A stretch of DNA of 64,000 nucleotides from Clostridiaceae bacterium (GCA_021771025.1 JAETPW010000007.1:60744-124743); one strand, 5' to 3'; positions 17,245-27,831 are shown, counted from the stretch's first letter. Numbers and translations are program-made. Notes: generated from the sequence alone by a model not told the origin.

Positions 17245-18132
17245 ATGAAATCAAAAGCCCTAAAAATAACCATAGGAATATTACTCATTTTAATTGCCAT
17301 CAGTTTACTCATTGTGGCTTATTTCATGTTTGTCGATATTCAAACCAAAGAGCCTGAAACCGTAAAGCAAAACTACCATCTATCAGTAGAAGAATTTAAA
17401 GGAAGAAAAATATTTACGATTTCTCCCAAAGAGGGAACTACCAATCCAAAAACGATACTGTATTTTCATGGAGGATCCTACGTAGCAGAAGCAACAGACC
17501 AGCATTGGGAATTTATCACTGATTTAGTCAATGATACAAAAGCAAAAGTGATTTTACCCGACTATCCATTAACTCCTAAATACGATTACCAAGACGTGAT
17601 GGACATGGTAATTCCGATGTATGAAAAATTAATTAAGGAAACTGATCCAAATTCTATCATCATGATGGGAGATTCAGCAGGAGGAGGATTAGCCATGGGG
17701 TTAGCAGAAAAATTAGGCGAAAAAGAAATTCCTGTTCCTGGGCAATTAGTCCTTATTTCTCCTTGGTTAGACGTTACCATGAAAAATCCTAATATAGAAG
17801 AAGTTCAAAGCTATGACCATGATTTAAACAAAGAGGCACTAAAAGTAGCAGGGATTGCTTATGCAGGAAAAGAAGGAATGGATGATTATTTTGTTAATCC
17901 CATTCAAGGTCCACTTATTCACTTAAAAAATGTTACTATATTTACGGGAACCTATGACATCTTAAATCCAGATGCAAAAAAATTAGTCAGTCGTGCAAAA
18001 GAGGAAGGAATATCCATCGAATTAAAAGAATACCAAACAGCACCACACATTTGGATCGTAAAAAAGAACAGTCACCCTACAGATCTTGCCAAACAAAGTT
18101 ATGAAGATTTACTAAAAGTGCTTGACAAATAG
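17245..18132 (+). CDS. alpha/beta hydrolase (esterase/lipase, HSL-like)
   Basis: HGGSY oxyanion motif, GDSAGG nucleophile elbow, N-terminal membrane anchor. Confidence 0.75.
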   Translation: MKSKALKITIGILLILIAISLLIVAYFMFVDIQTKEPETVKQNYHLSVEEFKGRKIFTISPKEGTTNPKTILYFHGGSYVAEATDQHWEFITDLVNDTKAKVILPDYPLTPKYDYQDVMDMVIPMYEKLIKETDPNSIIMMGDSAGGGLAMGLAEKLGEKEIPVPGQLVLISPWLDVTMKNPNIEEVQSYDHDLNKEALKVAGIAYAGKEGMDDYFVNPIQGPLIHLKNVTIFTGTYDILNPDAKKLVSRAKEEGISIELKEYQTAPHIWIVKKNSHPTDLAKQSYEDLLKVLDK

Positions 18133-18139
18133 AAAAAGT

Positions 18140-18296
18140 ATGATATAATAATAAACGTTACAAGAAGAAGGAATCAAACTTCTCACCTGATCGAATAGAG
18201 AAAGGTTAGAAATAAAAAAATCAGACTGACCTAAATCAAGTGGTTATGTCTATGGTTTTGATGAATTGACTTGTAACACAAAGTCAATTTTTTTTA
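18140..18296 (+). promoter_or_regulatory. putative L20 (rplT) autoregulatory leader with attenuator upstream of infC
   Basis: Structured leader ending in hairpin AATTGACTTGTAACACAAAGTCAATT plus a T9 run, immediately before the infC RBS, as in the Firmicutes infC-rpmI-rplT operon. Confidence 0.4.
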
Positions 18297-18311
18297 TGGA
18301 GGTGTTTTCCA

Positions 18312-18827
18312 ATTAAACAAGAATTACCGATTAATGGAAAAATCAGAGAAAAACAAGTCCAAGTCATTGGAGCAGAAGGAGAAAAGTTAGGAATTTTTGC
18401 TACAAGAGAAGCAATCGAAATGGCAGAAAAAGAAAGTTTAGATTTAGTTCAAGTAGCCCCATCAAATAATAATAATCCACCAGTATGTAAAATGATGAAC
18501 TATGGTAAATATAAATTTGAACAAGCCAAAAAAGAAAAAGAAGCTAAGAAAAAGCAAAAAACATTAGAATTAAAAGAATTACGTGTAACTCCTAATATTG
18601 AAGAACATGATTTTTCGTTCAAATCTAAAAATGCAAGAAAATTTTTAGAAGAAGGAAACAAAGTAAAAATCACAGTTCGTTTCCGTGGAAGAGAAGTCAA
18701 CAACGCAAAAGCGGGAGAAGCAGTATTAAACAAATTCATCGAAAATTTAGAAGATATTTCAGCCGTGGAAAAAAAGCCAAAACTAGAAGGCAGAAATATG
18801 TTCATTATATTAGCTAAAAAAGCGTAA
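18312..18827 (+). CDS. infC: translation initiation factor IF-3
   Basis: The N-terminus (INGKIREKQVQVIGAEGEKLGIFATREAIEMAEKESLDLVQV) begins upstream of the first ATG. An ATT start sits 6 nt after GGAGGTG, the typical non-AUG infC start. Confidence 0.8.
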   Translation: MKQELPINGKIREKQVQVIGAEGEKLGIFATREAIEMAEKESLDLVQVAPSNNNNPPVCKMMNYGKYKFEQAKKEKEAKKKQKTLELKELRVTPNIEEHDFSFKSKNARKFLEEGNKVKITVRFRGREVNNAKAGEAVLNKFIENLEDISAVEKKPKLEGRNMFIILAKKA

Positions 18828-18884
18828 ACGGAAACGATTATGCTTTCAGATAACATTATCACAAATAAGAAAGGAGATCTACTC

Positions 18885-19088
18885 ATGGGAAAATTAAAAA
18901 CAAACAAAGCTGCTAAAAAAAGATATGGAATAACAGCAACAGGAAAAGTAAAAAGAACCAAATCAAACAGAAAACATCTATTTGCTAACAAAACAAAAAG
19001 ACAAAAAAAATCTGGAAGAATTCAAGATGCTTATGCAGACAAATCTTGTGTAAAAACAATCAAAAAATTATTACCATATGGTAATTAA
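18885..19088 (+). CDS. rpmI: 50S ribosomal protein L35
   Basis: MGKLKTNKAAKKRY..., basic, 67 aa. Confidence 0.85.
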   Translation: MGKLKTNKAAKKRYGITATGKVKRTKSNRKHLFANKTKRQKKSGRIQDAYADKSCVKTIKKLLPYGN

Positions 19089-19128
19089 TCGAAAAAATGA
19101 AGAAAGAAAATAAGGAAGGTGAACAATA

Positions 19129-19479
19129 ATGGCAAGAGTAAAAACAGCAAGAACAACAAGAGCAAGACATAAAAAAGTATTAAAACAAGCAAAAGGATAT
19201 TATGGAGCAAAAAGTTATCGTTTCCGTAACGCCAATCAAGCAGTGATGAAATCATTAGCATATGCGTATGTAGGAAGAAAAGATAAAAAAAGTAATTTTA
19301 GAAAATTATGGATAGCCAGAATTAATGCAGCAGCAAGAATGAATGGTACTACTTACAGCAAAATGATCGCAGGATTAAAAAAAGCAAACATCAACATCAA
19401 CAGAAAAATGTTAGCTGAAATGGCAGTATCAGATCCAAAAGCATTTACCGAAGTTGCTGAAATGGCAAAAAATGCGTAA
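19129..19479 (+). CDS. rplT: 50S ribosomal protein L20
   Basis: [28 protein letters not shown]... a canonical L20 sequence. Confidence 0.9.
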   Translation: MARVKTARTTRARHKKVLKQAKGYYGAKSYRFRNANQAVMKSLAYAYVGRKDKKSNFRKLWIARINAAARMNGTTYSKMIAGLKKANININRKMLAEMAVSDPKAFTEVAEMAKNA

Positions 19480-19693
19480 TGAAAGTTAAAGATAGTAGAG
19501 AGGATAACTTATCTACTATTTTTTGTTTTTATTTGGAGCTACTATGATGCAAAAAGGATTATCAAGTAACTGTTATACTTTGGGCATTTTGTGAACCATT
19601 GACTTTTATGCAAATTTGCATCATCACCAAATCTATGTTATAATAAAACTACAAAATAATTGGCTAAATGCCTAAATAGAAAGGAGTATAGAT

Positions 19694-20074
19694 ATGAATA
19701 TTTATATCTATAACGATTATTTTGTACAAATGGATAAAATGCAGAACTTTTGCATTACATCTGAAGAAAATTTAAGAGCGATCCGGATAGAAAGTGCATA
19801 TCTTTATCAAAACTATGCTAACTATCCAAGTAATTTCTACGAAATAGCCATATTGATGGCAAGAGTAGAAATAGCTCGTATACAAAGGAAAAAAGCTAAT
19901 AGGGGAAGAAATTACCCTATTATTTACCAAAGAGAATTTACCATTTCATTGCAGAACTTTTTGCTGTTATATTCCATTGAACAACTAATTAGTGCAGTTG
20001 AGCAAATGAAATATAATGAGATGGAAAAGTGTTTCATGCAAGGAAATCTGAAAATTCTCGAAGAATACTTATAG
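19694..20074 (+). CDS. hypothetical protein
   Basis: 126-aa ORF with no recognisable motif. Confidence 0.4.
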   Translation: MNIYIYNDYFVQMDKMQNFCITSEENLRAIRIESAYLYQNYANYPSNFYEIAILMARVEIARIQRKKANRGRNYPIIYQREFTISLQNFLLLYSIEQLISAVEQMKYNEMEKCFMQGNLKILEEYL

Positions 20075-20110
20075 ATAAAAGAGGCTCCTTATGACAAGGA
20101 GCCTTTTACT

Positions 20111-20160
20111 ATAGGGATAGGGAAAATAGGGGGACGCCCTTTTTTTCCCTATTCCTATTC
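20111..20160. repeat. repeat family B copy
   Basis: AATAGGGGGACGCCCTTTTTTTCCCTATT. Confidence 0.6.
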
Positions 20161-20204
20161 TAGGACATCTTCTTATGATTTCTCTCTCTTTTCATGCTAA
20201 TCTT

Positions 20205-20606
20205 CTATTGTTTTTTCATTTTTGGTTTTGAAATTAATGAAGCTAAGTAACCAAAGAAAATGGCTGCTGCAATACCGCCGGCGGCTGCTTTTACTCCACC
20301 AGTAAAGGCACCAATGATACCCATTTCTTTTACTCCTTCAATAGCACCTTTGGCTAAGTTGTAGCCAAATCCGGTAAGGGGTACGGTTGCTCCTGCACCG
20401 GCAAAGTCAACTAAATATTGGTAAATACCAAGTCCACCTAAGATGGCACCAGTTGTGACGAAAATGACTAATATTCTTGCTGGCGTTAATTTTGTTTTGT
20501 CAATTAAAATTTGACCAACAATACAAATTAATCCACCAACGATAAAGCATTTAAGTAAAGGCATCCAACTAAACACTTGAGCCCAGTCTATATCCATATT
20601 GATCAT
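20205..20606 (-). CDS. spoVAEB: stage V sporulation protein AEb (SpoVAC/AEb family)
   Basis: Small polytopic membrane protein, paralogous to the SpoVAC-like ORF at 21853-22329; last gene of the spoVAC-AD-AEb arrangement. Confidence 0.7.
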   Translation of the reverse strand: MINMDIDWAQVFSWMPLLKCFIVGGLICIVGQILIDKTKLTPARILVIFVTTGAILGGLGIYQYLVDFAGAGATVPLTGFGYNLAKGAIEGVKEMGIIGAFTGGVKAAAGGIAAAIFFGYLASLISKPKMKKQ

Positions 20607-20700
20607 CCTTTCTTTTTTAGTTTAAATTTCATTGCTTTTTCACTTTCTTCTAAAGGTATACATAGGGATAAAGCAACTTCTTTTCTTTCCCGCTAATCTA

Positions 20701-20750
20701 ATAGGGAAATTTTAGATAGGGAAGAAAAGGGCGTCCCCTTTATTTCCCTT
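20701..20750. repeat. repeat family B copy (reverse orientation)
   Basis: AGGGAAGAAAAGGGCGTCCCCTTTATTTCCCT. Confidence 0.6.
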
Positions 20751-20756
20751 TTTTTC

Positions 20757-21767
20757 TTATAATTCAATGCTAATGGCGTGTGCGATTCCGGGAATGGTTT
20801 CTCCTTGTTGGGAACTGGTGGAGTTCATTAAGGCTCCAGTAGCAATTAACAACATTTTTTTGATTTTCTTTTCTTGTAATTGTTTGAAGAAATAACCAGA
20901 AAATACTGATCCACAACATCCACAACCACTACCTCCTGCGTGAGTATCTTGTTTGGCTTTATCAAAAATAAGTACTCCACAGTCATTATAGTTGGATTTG
21001 ATGTTATATCCTTGTGAAGCTAATATATCAATCACGATTTCTTTTCCGATGTAGCCTAAGTCTCCACTAATGATAGCATCATAGTAACTTGGATTTCGTC
21101 CGGTGTCTAAAAAGTGGGTGACTAAGGTGTCGGCAAATGCTGGCGCCATAGCGGCTCCCATGTTATTTCCATCTTTTATTCCCATATCAATAATTTTTCC
21201 TGGGGTAATGGTGGTGATGAATGGGCCTTGTCCAGATTTGGATAAAATACAACTACCGGCACCAGTAACGGTCCATTGAGAAGTAGGTGGTCTTTGGTTT
21301 CCTAATTCTAGGGGAAAACGAAATTGCTTTTCTGCGCTACAAAAATGACTTGAAGTAGCACATAATACGTGTTCTGCAAAACTTTCTGTGCAAATAGCAC
21401 CTAAACTCATGGATTCTACGAAAGTAGAACAAGCACCAAATACACCAAAGAAAGGAACGTTTAATTCACGTAGACCAAAGCTTGAAGAAATACATTGATT
21501 GAGAAGGTCACCGGCAAAACAACAGTCAATTTCATCAATGGCGATTCCTGATTTAGAAATGAGGGTATTTACTGTTTCTTTGATGATTTTGCTCTCTGCT
21601 TTTTCCCAGGTTTTTTCTCCCCAAAATTCATCATCTAGTGTTTGATCAAAATATTTAGCAAGAGGGCCTTGTGCTTCTTTTGGTCCAACAATACTAGCAC
21701 AATCTAATATCGTTGGAGGGGTATCAAACTGAATGGTTTGTTTTCCTATTTTTTTCACGATTTTCAC
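20757..21767 (-). CDS. spoVAD: stage V sporulation protein AD (thiolase-like fold)
   Basis: 336 aa; ketoacyl-synthase/thiolase-like SpoVAD pattern (CSTFVESMSLG, GGSGCGC). Confidence 0.8.
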   Translation of the reverse strand: MKIVKKIGKQTIQFDTPPTILDCASIVGPKEAQGPLAKYFDQTLDDEFWGEKTWEKAESKIIKETVNTLISKSGIAIDEIDCCFAGDLLNQCISSSFGLRELNVPFFGVFGACSTFVESMSLGAICTESFAEHVLCATSSHFCSAEKQFRFPLELGNQRPPTSQWTVTGAGSCILSKSGQGPFITTITPGKIIDMGIKDGNNMGAAMAPAFADTLVTHFLDTGRNPSYYDAIISGDLGYIGKEIVIDILASQGYNIKSNYNDCGVLIFDKAKQDTHAGGSGCGCCGSVFSGYFFKQLQEKKIKKMLLIATGALMNSTSSQQGETIPGIAHAISIEL

Positions 21768-21852
21768 TCCTTGTATTAAAAGTTATTTTTTTAGTTACAT
21801 TTTTAGCAATAGAAATCGTAATATTTTATCGATTCCTAAGCAGTAATTTTAT

Positions 21853-22329
21853 TTAGACTAAAGTAATGGATTGGGTATTAAATATCATATAAATAATACC
21901 AATCAAAATGGAAGCAGATATACCAAAAACAAGAACAGGTCCTGCTACGGTAAACATTTTTCCTCCTACTCCCATGACATATCCTTCTGATTTATACTCC
22001 ATAGCGGGGGAAACGATTGAGTTAGCAAATCCGGTAATAGGAACTAATGAACCAGCACCGGCGAATTTTCCGATTTTATTGAAGATATTTAATCCTGTTA
22101 AAAAGGCAGCAATACCAATTAAGATAATCGATACGATAGTTCCAGAAGTAGCTATATCAAAACCTCTTTGCTTACAAATGTTACTAATAATTTGTCCAAT
22201 AGTACAGATAAGACCTCCCACCCAGAAAGCATTAAAACAATTTTTCCAGATGGGTGAATTAGGCGATTTTTGATCTACATAATTTTGATAACCCTCTTTT
22301 GTTTCTAACGGATTTTTATTGGTCCCCAT
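21853..22329 (-). CDS. spoVAC: stage V sporulation protein AC
   Basis: 158-aa membrane protein, paralog of SpoVAEb. Confidence 0.75.
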   Translation of the reverse strand: MGTNKNPLETKEGYQNYVDQKSPNSPIWKNCFNAFWVGGLICTIGQIISNICKQRGFDIATSGTIVSIILIGIAAFLTGLNIFNKIGKFAGAGSLVPITGFANSIVSPAMEYKSEGYVMGVGGKMFTVAGPVLVFGISASILIGIIYMIFNTQSITLV

Positions 22330-22549
22330 CGTTTTGCTCCTTTCTATTTAGGTCTAAGGTGAAACTTAAATCTAAATCGACAAAATATTCGGCAATACGA
22401 TTTCCATCAACTCGGGCTCTTTGTTCTAAAATGGTTACATTGGTTAAATAATCAATGGTTTTAGAAGCCTCATTAATGGCTTTGACAATGGCATCTTTCC
22501 AAGAAACATCTGAGTTTCCGGTGATTTTTAAATGTTTTTCAATATTCAT
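22316..22549 (-). CDS. dodecin-family protein
   Basis: LKITGNSDVSWKDAIVKAINEASKTIDYLTNVTILEQRARVDGNRIAEYFVDLDLSFTL fits the dodecin (PF07311) consensus. Confidence 0.6.
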   Translation of the reverse strand: MNIEKHLKITGNSDVSWKDAIVKAINEASKTIDYLTNVTILEQRARVDGNRIAEYFVDLDLSFTLDLNRKEQNDGDQ

Positions 22550-22796
22550 GATTGATAAACCTCCTATAAACTTTTGTTAGTAGTTTTTCCCGGAAATGAA
22601 AAAATATACAAAAATTTTTTCATAGAGGATATATTGGGAAGGACCATGAAAAAAGAGAGTGTTTAGTATATGGAAGGTTAAATTTTACGTAGATAAGAGA
22701 TCTCTTCTGATGGCTAAAAGCAAACAATGCAAAATCCAATCTGTTTACAATCATCAAAATTCATGATAAAATCAAACAAAAAAAGGAGAAAAGCAA

Positions 22797-24142
22797 TGTT
22801 AGACAAACCCAGAGAACTAGCGCTAAAAGCATTAGTCAAATTAGACCAAGAAGAATCCTATACCAACTTAGTCATAGATGAAATAATCCATCAAAACAAA
22901 CAAAAGCTAACAGACAAAGACATAGGTTTTATCACTGAATTAATCTATGGAGTAACCACATGGAAATTAACCCTAGACGAAATTATCCGTTTCCATTCCA
23001 CCATTCGCCTGAAAAAAATTTCCATTTGGATTTTAAATGTATTAAGAATGGGAATTTACCAAATACTATATTTAGACAAAATTCCTACTTCTGCAGCTGT
23101 AAACGAAAGTGTCAACTTAGCTAAACGCTATGGTCATGCAGCAAGTAGCAAATTTGTTAATGCGATTTTACGAAAGGTTACACGAGAAGACAAAAAACGC
23201 TTAACTCAAATCACAGATCCCAAAGAAAGAATTGCCAAAACTACCTCAACACCACTATGGTTAGTCGAAAAATTAAGCGAAAATAGAAAGCTAGAACAAG
23301 TAGAAACCATTTGCCAAAGTTTTACGACAAAACCCAAAATAACCATACGTATCAATGAATTAAAGATAACACCAGCCGAATTTACACAAGAACTTACCCA
23401 AAGAAACATACCATTTGAAGTAGTTTCTCCCGATTGCCCTGAATTTATTCAAATTGAGCGAATCAAAGATTTAGAACACTTAGACTTATTTCAAAGAGGG
23501 TATTTCATAGTACAAGATTTATCAGCAGGCTTTACGGTACGTTTGCTTAACCCAAAAGCTGGACAACTTGTGTTAGATGCGTGTGCGGCACCAGGAGGAA
23601 AAACCACGTATCTAGCAGAGAAGATGAAAAATCAAGGTAAAATTATAGCATGGGATCTTCATCAGCATCGAACAGAATTAATCAAGCAAAATGCAAACCG
23701 TTTAGGAATTACGATCATCGAACCAGAAACGCAAGATGCCACTATACCTAATTCAAAATATCACGAAATATTTGATCAAATCTTATTAGATGTACCTTGT
23801 TTAGGAATAGGAGTCATTCGTAAAAAACCAGACATCAAGTGGCAGAAAAAAGAAGAAGACATTCCCGAAATCACTAACGTGCAAAAAAAGCTATTAGAGG
23901 TAGTGCAAAACTATTTAAAACCGGGAGGGCAATTAGTGTATTCCACATGTAGTATTCTCAAAGAAGAAAATCAAGATATTGTTAACGAATTTTTGGCAAA
24001 TCATCCAAATTTTGAAATATTTCATGAAAATGAAATATCCATGAAATATTTTCAAAAATACCAAGATAAACAAGGATTTTATCAGATAGATCCAAGCCCA
24101 GAAAATGACGGTTTTTTTATGGCAAAACTGCAAAAAAAATAA
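22797..24142 (+). CDS. rsmB: 16S rRNA (cytosine967-C5)-methyltransferase RsmB
   Basis: NusB-like N-terminus, SAM-binding DACAAPGGKT, catalytic PC...TCS motifs. Confidence 0.85.
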
Positions 24143-24328
24143 TTGTTACACCCATATTACATTTATATGACATTTACCCAAAACTTATTGACTTTTTCTT
24201 AAAAAACGATAAAATAAAAGAGAAATCGATAGCATAAAATTCATAAAAATGAAAATATAAGAAGTATGCTTTTTTTTATTTGGTCAATCCTAATAATAAA
24301 TCATAGAAAGAAATGTAAGGAGTAGAAA

Positions 24329-25948
24329 ATGACTAGTTGTCTAGGATTATATGTGGACAGTAACCTAATTAAATATGCAAAAGTGACCAAAGACCATGAC
24401 AATTATAAAGTGGAATCTTTTGGTGTGAAATTTTTTGAAAAAGTAGAAGATGCCATTAAACAAATCATAGAAGAAACGTATAGTTTTAAAACACCAATTG
24501 CCATTAATTTGTCTGAAGAAATGTACGAATATTTTAGTATGTATTCTTTACTTAATAAAAAAGATTTACAAAAAGCAATAAAAACAGAATTTGAAGCTTA
24601 TTGTACAGACAAAGGGTATAATCCAAACGTTTTCGAATCCAGATATGCAGTTGTGGATAATCGTCAGGACAAGGAAAAATTAAAAATTATTCATATTAGT
24701 GCCAATAAAATTGACTTAAATCGTCTTACACAACAATTGGAAGGGTATAAATTAACAGGCATTTTTCCCATAGCAATGGCGATTACTAATTTAAAAGAGC
24801 ATGAAGCTGAACAAAACAGCATAATCGTAAACATTGAAGATAAAACTACGATAACTACTATTATGGATCAAAAAGTATATGATATTCAAACACTAGAAAT
24901 AGGAGCTCAAGATTTTTTAGCTAAAATCAATGCAAAAGAAAATTCTTATGCTAAATCATATGAAATATGTAAGGAAACAACTATTTACACCTCTGAAGGA
25001 AAAGACTTAACAGATGAGCAAACAAGCCATTTAGAAGATATCATGCCAACATTATATGAAATTGTTGGTCAAGTAAAAAAGATTATCAATGAAAGTGACG
25101 ATAAAATTAATACAGTTTATATTAGTGGTACAGCTGCCCTAATTAACAATATTGATTTATATTTTGAAGAATATTTAGAAAATGTGAAATGTGAAATTTT
25201 AAAACCAGATTTCATCAAAGTAACACCTGATATTAATATCAAAGACTATATTGAAGTAAACTCGGCTATAGCTATTGGACTTATGGGCTTAGGCGCTGGT
25301 GTTGGAGGAATGAATTATAAATCTACTGATGCTTTAGAACAGTTAAAGAATTTATTGAAAGTAGATATCAATCCAGAAAAAAAGGGAAAAGAGAAAAAAT
25401 TAGCAGGCAATTTATTTACCAATGATTTAAAACAACCACTCGATAATACAGAAAAAATGTTATTGCGTATTGCCTCTACTATGTTTATTCTTTTCGTTGT
25501 ATATAGTTGCTTTTCTGGTCTATTGGCTAATCAGATGGATCGTAAAATGCAAGAAGCAAAAGAATCAGTATCATCCACAAATTCACAGATTAGTTTAGCT
25601 AATAGCGATAACGAAAAAATAAAATCTAAAACCAATGATTATGCAACTAGAATTAAGAATCTGCAAGAAATAAATGATAAATTAAGTGAAAGAAATAAAA
25701 CCAAAAAGGCTATTCCCAACTTATTAAGTGCATTAATGACAGGAATACCAGAAGGGGTACAAATCACTTCTATTCAAAACACTTCAAACAACCATGTTGA
25801 AATCATCGCACAAACAACACAATACGAACAATTAGGATTCTTTAAAGCAAAAATACAAAATGACAATATTTTAACCAATGTCGTATCTACGGCAGGACAA
25901 AAAGATAATAATGTGATTACAGTCAAGATAGAAGGTGATTTACCATGA
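24329..25948 (+). CDS. pilM: type IV pilus assembly protein, PilM-PilN fusion
   Basis: Actin-like PilM N-terminus (LGLYVDSNLIKYAKV) joined to a transmembrane plus coiled-coil PilN-like C-terminus. Confidence 0.65.
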   Translation: MTSCLGLYVDSNLIKYAKVTKDHDNYKVESFGVKFFEKVEDAIKQIIEETYSFKTPIAINLSEEMYEYFSMYSLLNKKDLQKAIKTEFEAYCTDKGYNPNVFESRYAVVDNRQDKEKLKIIHISANKIDLNRLTQQLEGYKLTGIFPIAMAITNLKEHEAEQNSIIVNIEDKTTITTIMDQKVYDIQTLEIGAQDFLAKINAKENSYAKSYEICKETTIYTSEGKDLTDEQTSHLEDIMPTLYEIVGQVKKIINESDDKINTVYISGTAALINNIDLYFEEYLENVKCEILKPDFIKVTPDINIKDYIEVNSAIAIGLMGLGAGVGGMNYKSTDALEQLKNLLKVDINPEKKGKEKKLAGNLFTNDLKQPLDNTEKMLLRIASTMFILFVVYSCFSGLLANQMDRKMQEAKESVSSTNSQISLANSDNEKIKSKTNDYATRIKNLQEINDKLSERNKTKKAIPNLLSALMTGIPEGVQITSIQNTSNNHVEIIAQTTQYEQLGFFKAKIQNDNILTNVVSTAGQKDNNVITVKIEGDLP

Positions 25949-26718
25949 AAAAATTATTAATTATTGTCATGATTACTTTAGTAACGATATTAACCATCAT
26001 AACGGTCATTAATGGATTACAAATTGGTGGATTAACTATTTTAGGAATTACTGGTATGAAAGATAAAAATGCTCAACTAGAAACCCAAGTAGAACAGGCG
26101 ACAAAATTAGCTAGTACAGATTTTCCCAATAAAGTAACCAGTGTTAATGAAAGTATAAAAAAATTACAAAAGCAAAGACAAGATTACGAAGATATGGTAA
26201 CGGTAAGTACAGATAGTCAGGTACAATCAGCTAATCAATTTGATGTCTATCCAATCGAATATTTATGGACACAAATAGGAAAACATGCCAAACGTGAAGG
26301 CGTAGTTATGAAAATGGATGTAGTAAAAGGAAGCACAAACACTAAAGATACGTACAATTTAAGTTTTACGGCAACAGGATCTTATATCGGAATTACTGAT
26401 TTCATCAGTGATATAGAAGATGATTCGTCACTTGGATTTAAAATTGAAGAATTTAAAATGGTACCAAGTGGAAATAATAATGAATTACAAGCTACTTTTA
26501 CTTGCAAAGAAATTACCATCAAGGGAATTTCAGCATCCACAGTGTCCACACCAGATGCTAATTCACAAAAAAATACTGCCGGTGAAAATGCAACAAACAA
26601 TACGACAAGTAATACCACAAACAGTACAAATACCAATACAAATACAACGAATACTAATACTGCGGGGGGTACAACTAATACAACCAATACAACCAACACA
26701 GCAACTACGACACAGTAG
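25945..26718 (+). CDS. PilO-like pilus assembly protein with Thr/Asn-rich low-complexity tail
   Basis: N-terminal TM, coiled coil, and a C-terminal NTTSNTTNSTNTNTNTT tail. Confidence 0.5.
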   Translation: MKKLLIIVMITLVTILTIITVINGLQIGGLTILGITGMKDKNAQLETQVEQATKLASTDFPNKVTSVNESIKKLQKQRQDYEDMVTVSTDSQVQSANQFDVYPIEYLWTQIGKHAKREGVVMKMDVVKGSTNTKDTYNLSFTATGSYIGITDFISDIEDDSSLGFKIEEFKMVPSGNNNELQATFTCKEITIKGISASTVSTPDANSQKNTAGENATNNTTSNTTNSTNTNTNTTNTNTAGGTTNTTNTTNTATTTQ

Positions 26719-26740
26719 TTAAGAAGAGAAGCGATGAAAA

Positions 26741-26830
26741 TGTTTCATCCATTCAATCTAGGTACACTTTCAAAGTTTACCACTATTATGAAAGGAGGAA
26801 TATGTTAGTTTTAAACACTAACATATGCTA
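26741..26830 (+). promoter_or_regulatory. conserved leader element family L, copy 1 (hairpin plus 9-codon uORF overlapping the downstream start)
   Basis: TTCAATCTAGGTACACTTTCAAAGTTTACCACTATTATGAAAGGAGGAATATGTTAGTTTTAAACACTAACATATGCTAAGG. Related copies at 38655-38735, 50437-50504 and 54971-55066. Confidence 0.6.
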
Positions 26831-27286
26831 AGGAAAATGGCCAAAAATATGATAAAAGAAATCATCATATTGTTATTACTTACATTAGCTATTATTTTAA
26901 TCCTTGGAGTGCTACTCTATGGCTACTCTCCTTCTAGTAAGGTGTTGCCAGAAGCAGTATCCTATACTACACCAGAAAGTGTAAGAGAAGAATTAGCAAG
27001 TAGTACACAAGATGATGAAGATCAAATGGTGATGACGTATGAAATTACAGCATCTGATTTAAAAAATTACCAAAGAGTCAATGAATATGTACAAGGAAAA
27101 CGAAATCCATTTGCTTCTACAGCAACTTCAGAAAACAATAATTCAGGAAATACTACTTCAGGGGGGCAATCATCGGGAAATACTAATGGAAATGCCAATA
27201 CAAATACTAACACGAATGAAGGTTCATCAACATCTGGAAATAATCAGAATAATACTAATTATTTTCCTGATCGAGGAACCAAATAA
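26825..27286 (+). CDS. membrane protein with Ser/Asn/Thr-rich tail (pilus-cluster associated)
   Basis: N-terminal TM segment; C-terminal low-complexity NNSGNTTSGGQSSGNTNGNANTNTNTN. Confidence 0.5.
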   Translation: MLRKMAKNMIKEIIILLLLTLAIILILGVLLYGYSPSSKVLPEAVSYTTPESVREELASSTQDDEDQMVMTYEITASDLKNYQRVNEYVQGKRNPFASTATSENNNSGNTTSGGQSSGNTNGNANTNTNTNEGSSTSGNNQNNTNYFPDRGTK

Positions 27287-27366
27287 AACAAGTTAATAAC
27301 ATTAGATTTATCTAAACATAAATCTATCAAAAGATAAAATTTCAAAAGAAAAGGAGGATGAGTTGA

Positions 27367-27801
27367 ATGATGAAAGAACAAAAAGGTATTACATTAGTAG
27401 CATTAGTCATTACCATTATCGTATTATTAATTTTAGCAGGAGTATCCATTGCTGCATTATCTGGACAAAATGGTATATTAACCAATGCGTCTGAGGCAAA
27501 ACAACAAGATGCAATTGGAGCTGCAAAGGATATAGTCGCTATGGCAATTAATGAATCCATTAATGCTTATTATGATGCTACTTATGCTGGTGGAGATGCT
27601 ACTAAAATTGTAGCAGGAAAACCAGGAGATACAGCAATCAAGTTTGTTAAAGCACAAGCTAGCAAAGCTAACGGAACTACTATTACTGTAGATAAAGATG
27701 TTGCACCTGCAACTGTTACGATAACAACAACAGATAAAAATCCAGCTACCGTAACAGCTACAATTGATGCAGATGGTGCTTTAAGTGCTTGGTCAAAATA
27801 G
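27367..27801 (+). CDS. pilin-like protein with non-canonical prepilin N-terminus
   Basis: KGITLVALVITIIVLLILAGVSIAAL class-III-like signal lacking Glu+5. Confidence 0.65.
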   Translation: MMKEQKGITLVALVITIIVLLILAGVSIAALSGQNGILTNASEAKQQDAIGAAKDIVAMAINESINAYYDATYAGGDATKIVAGKPGDTAIKFVKAQASKANGTTITVDKDVAPATVTITTTDKNPATVTATIDADGALSAWSK

Positions 27802-27831
27802 TCAAATTGAATTTTAATAGGAGGAAATAAA

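Noticed and set aside
26382-26722. ORFs 26382-26699 (-) and 26420-26722 (+)
   Set aside because: These are artefacts of the AC-rich low-complexity tract inside the 3' end of the PilO-like gene, producing repetitive L/V or Q/I peptides.
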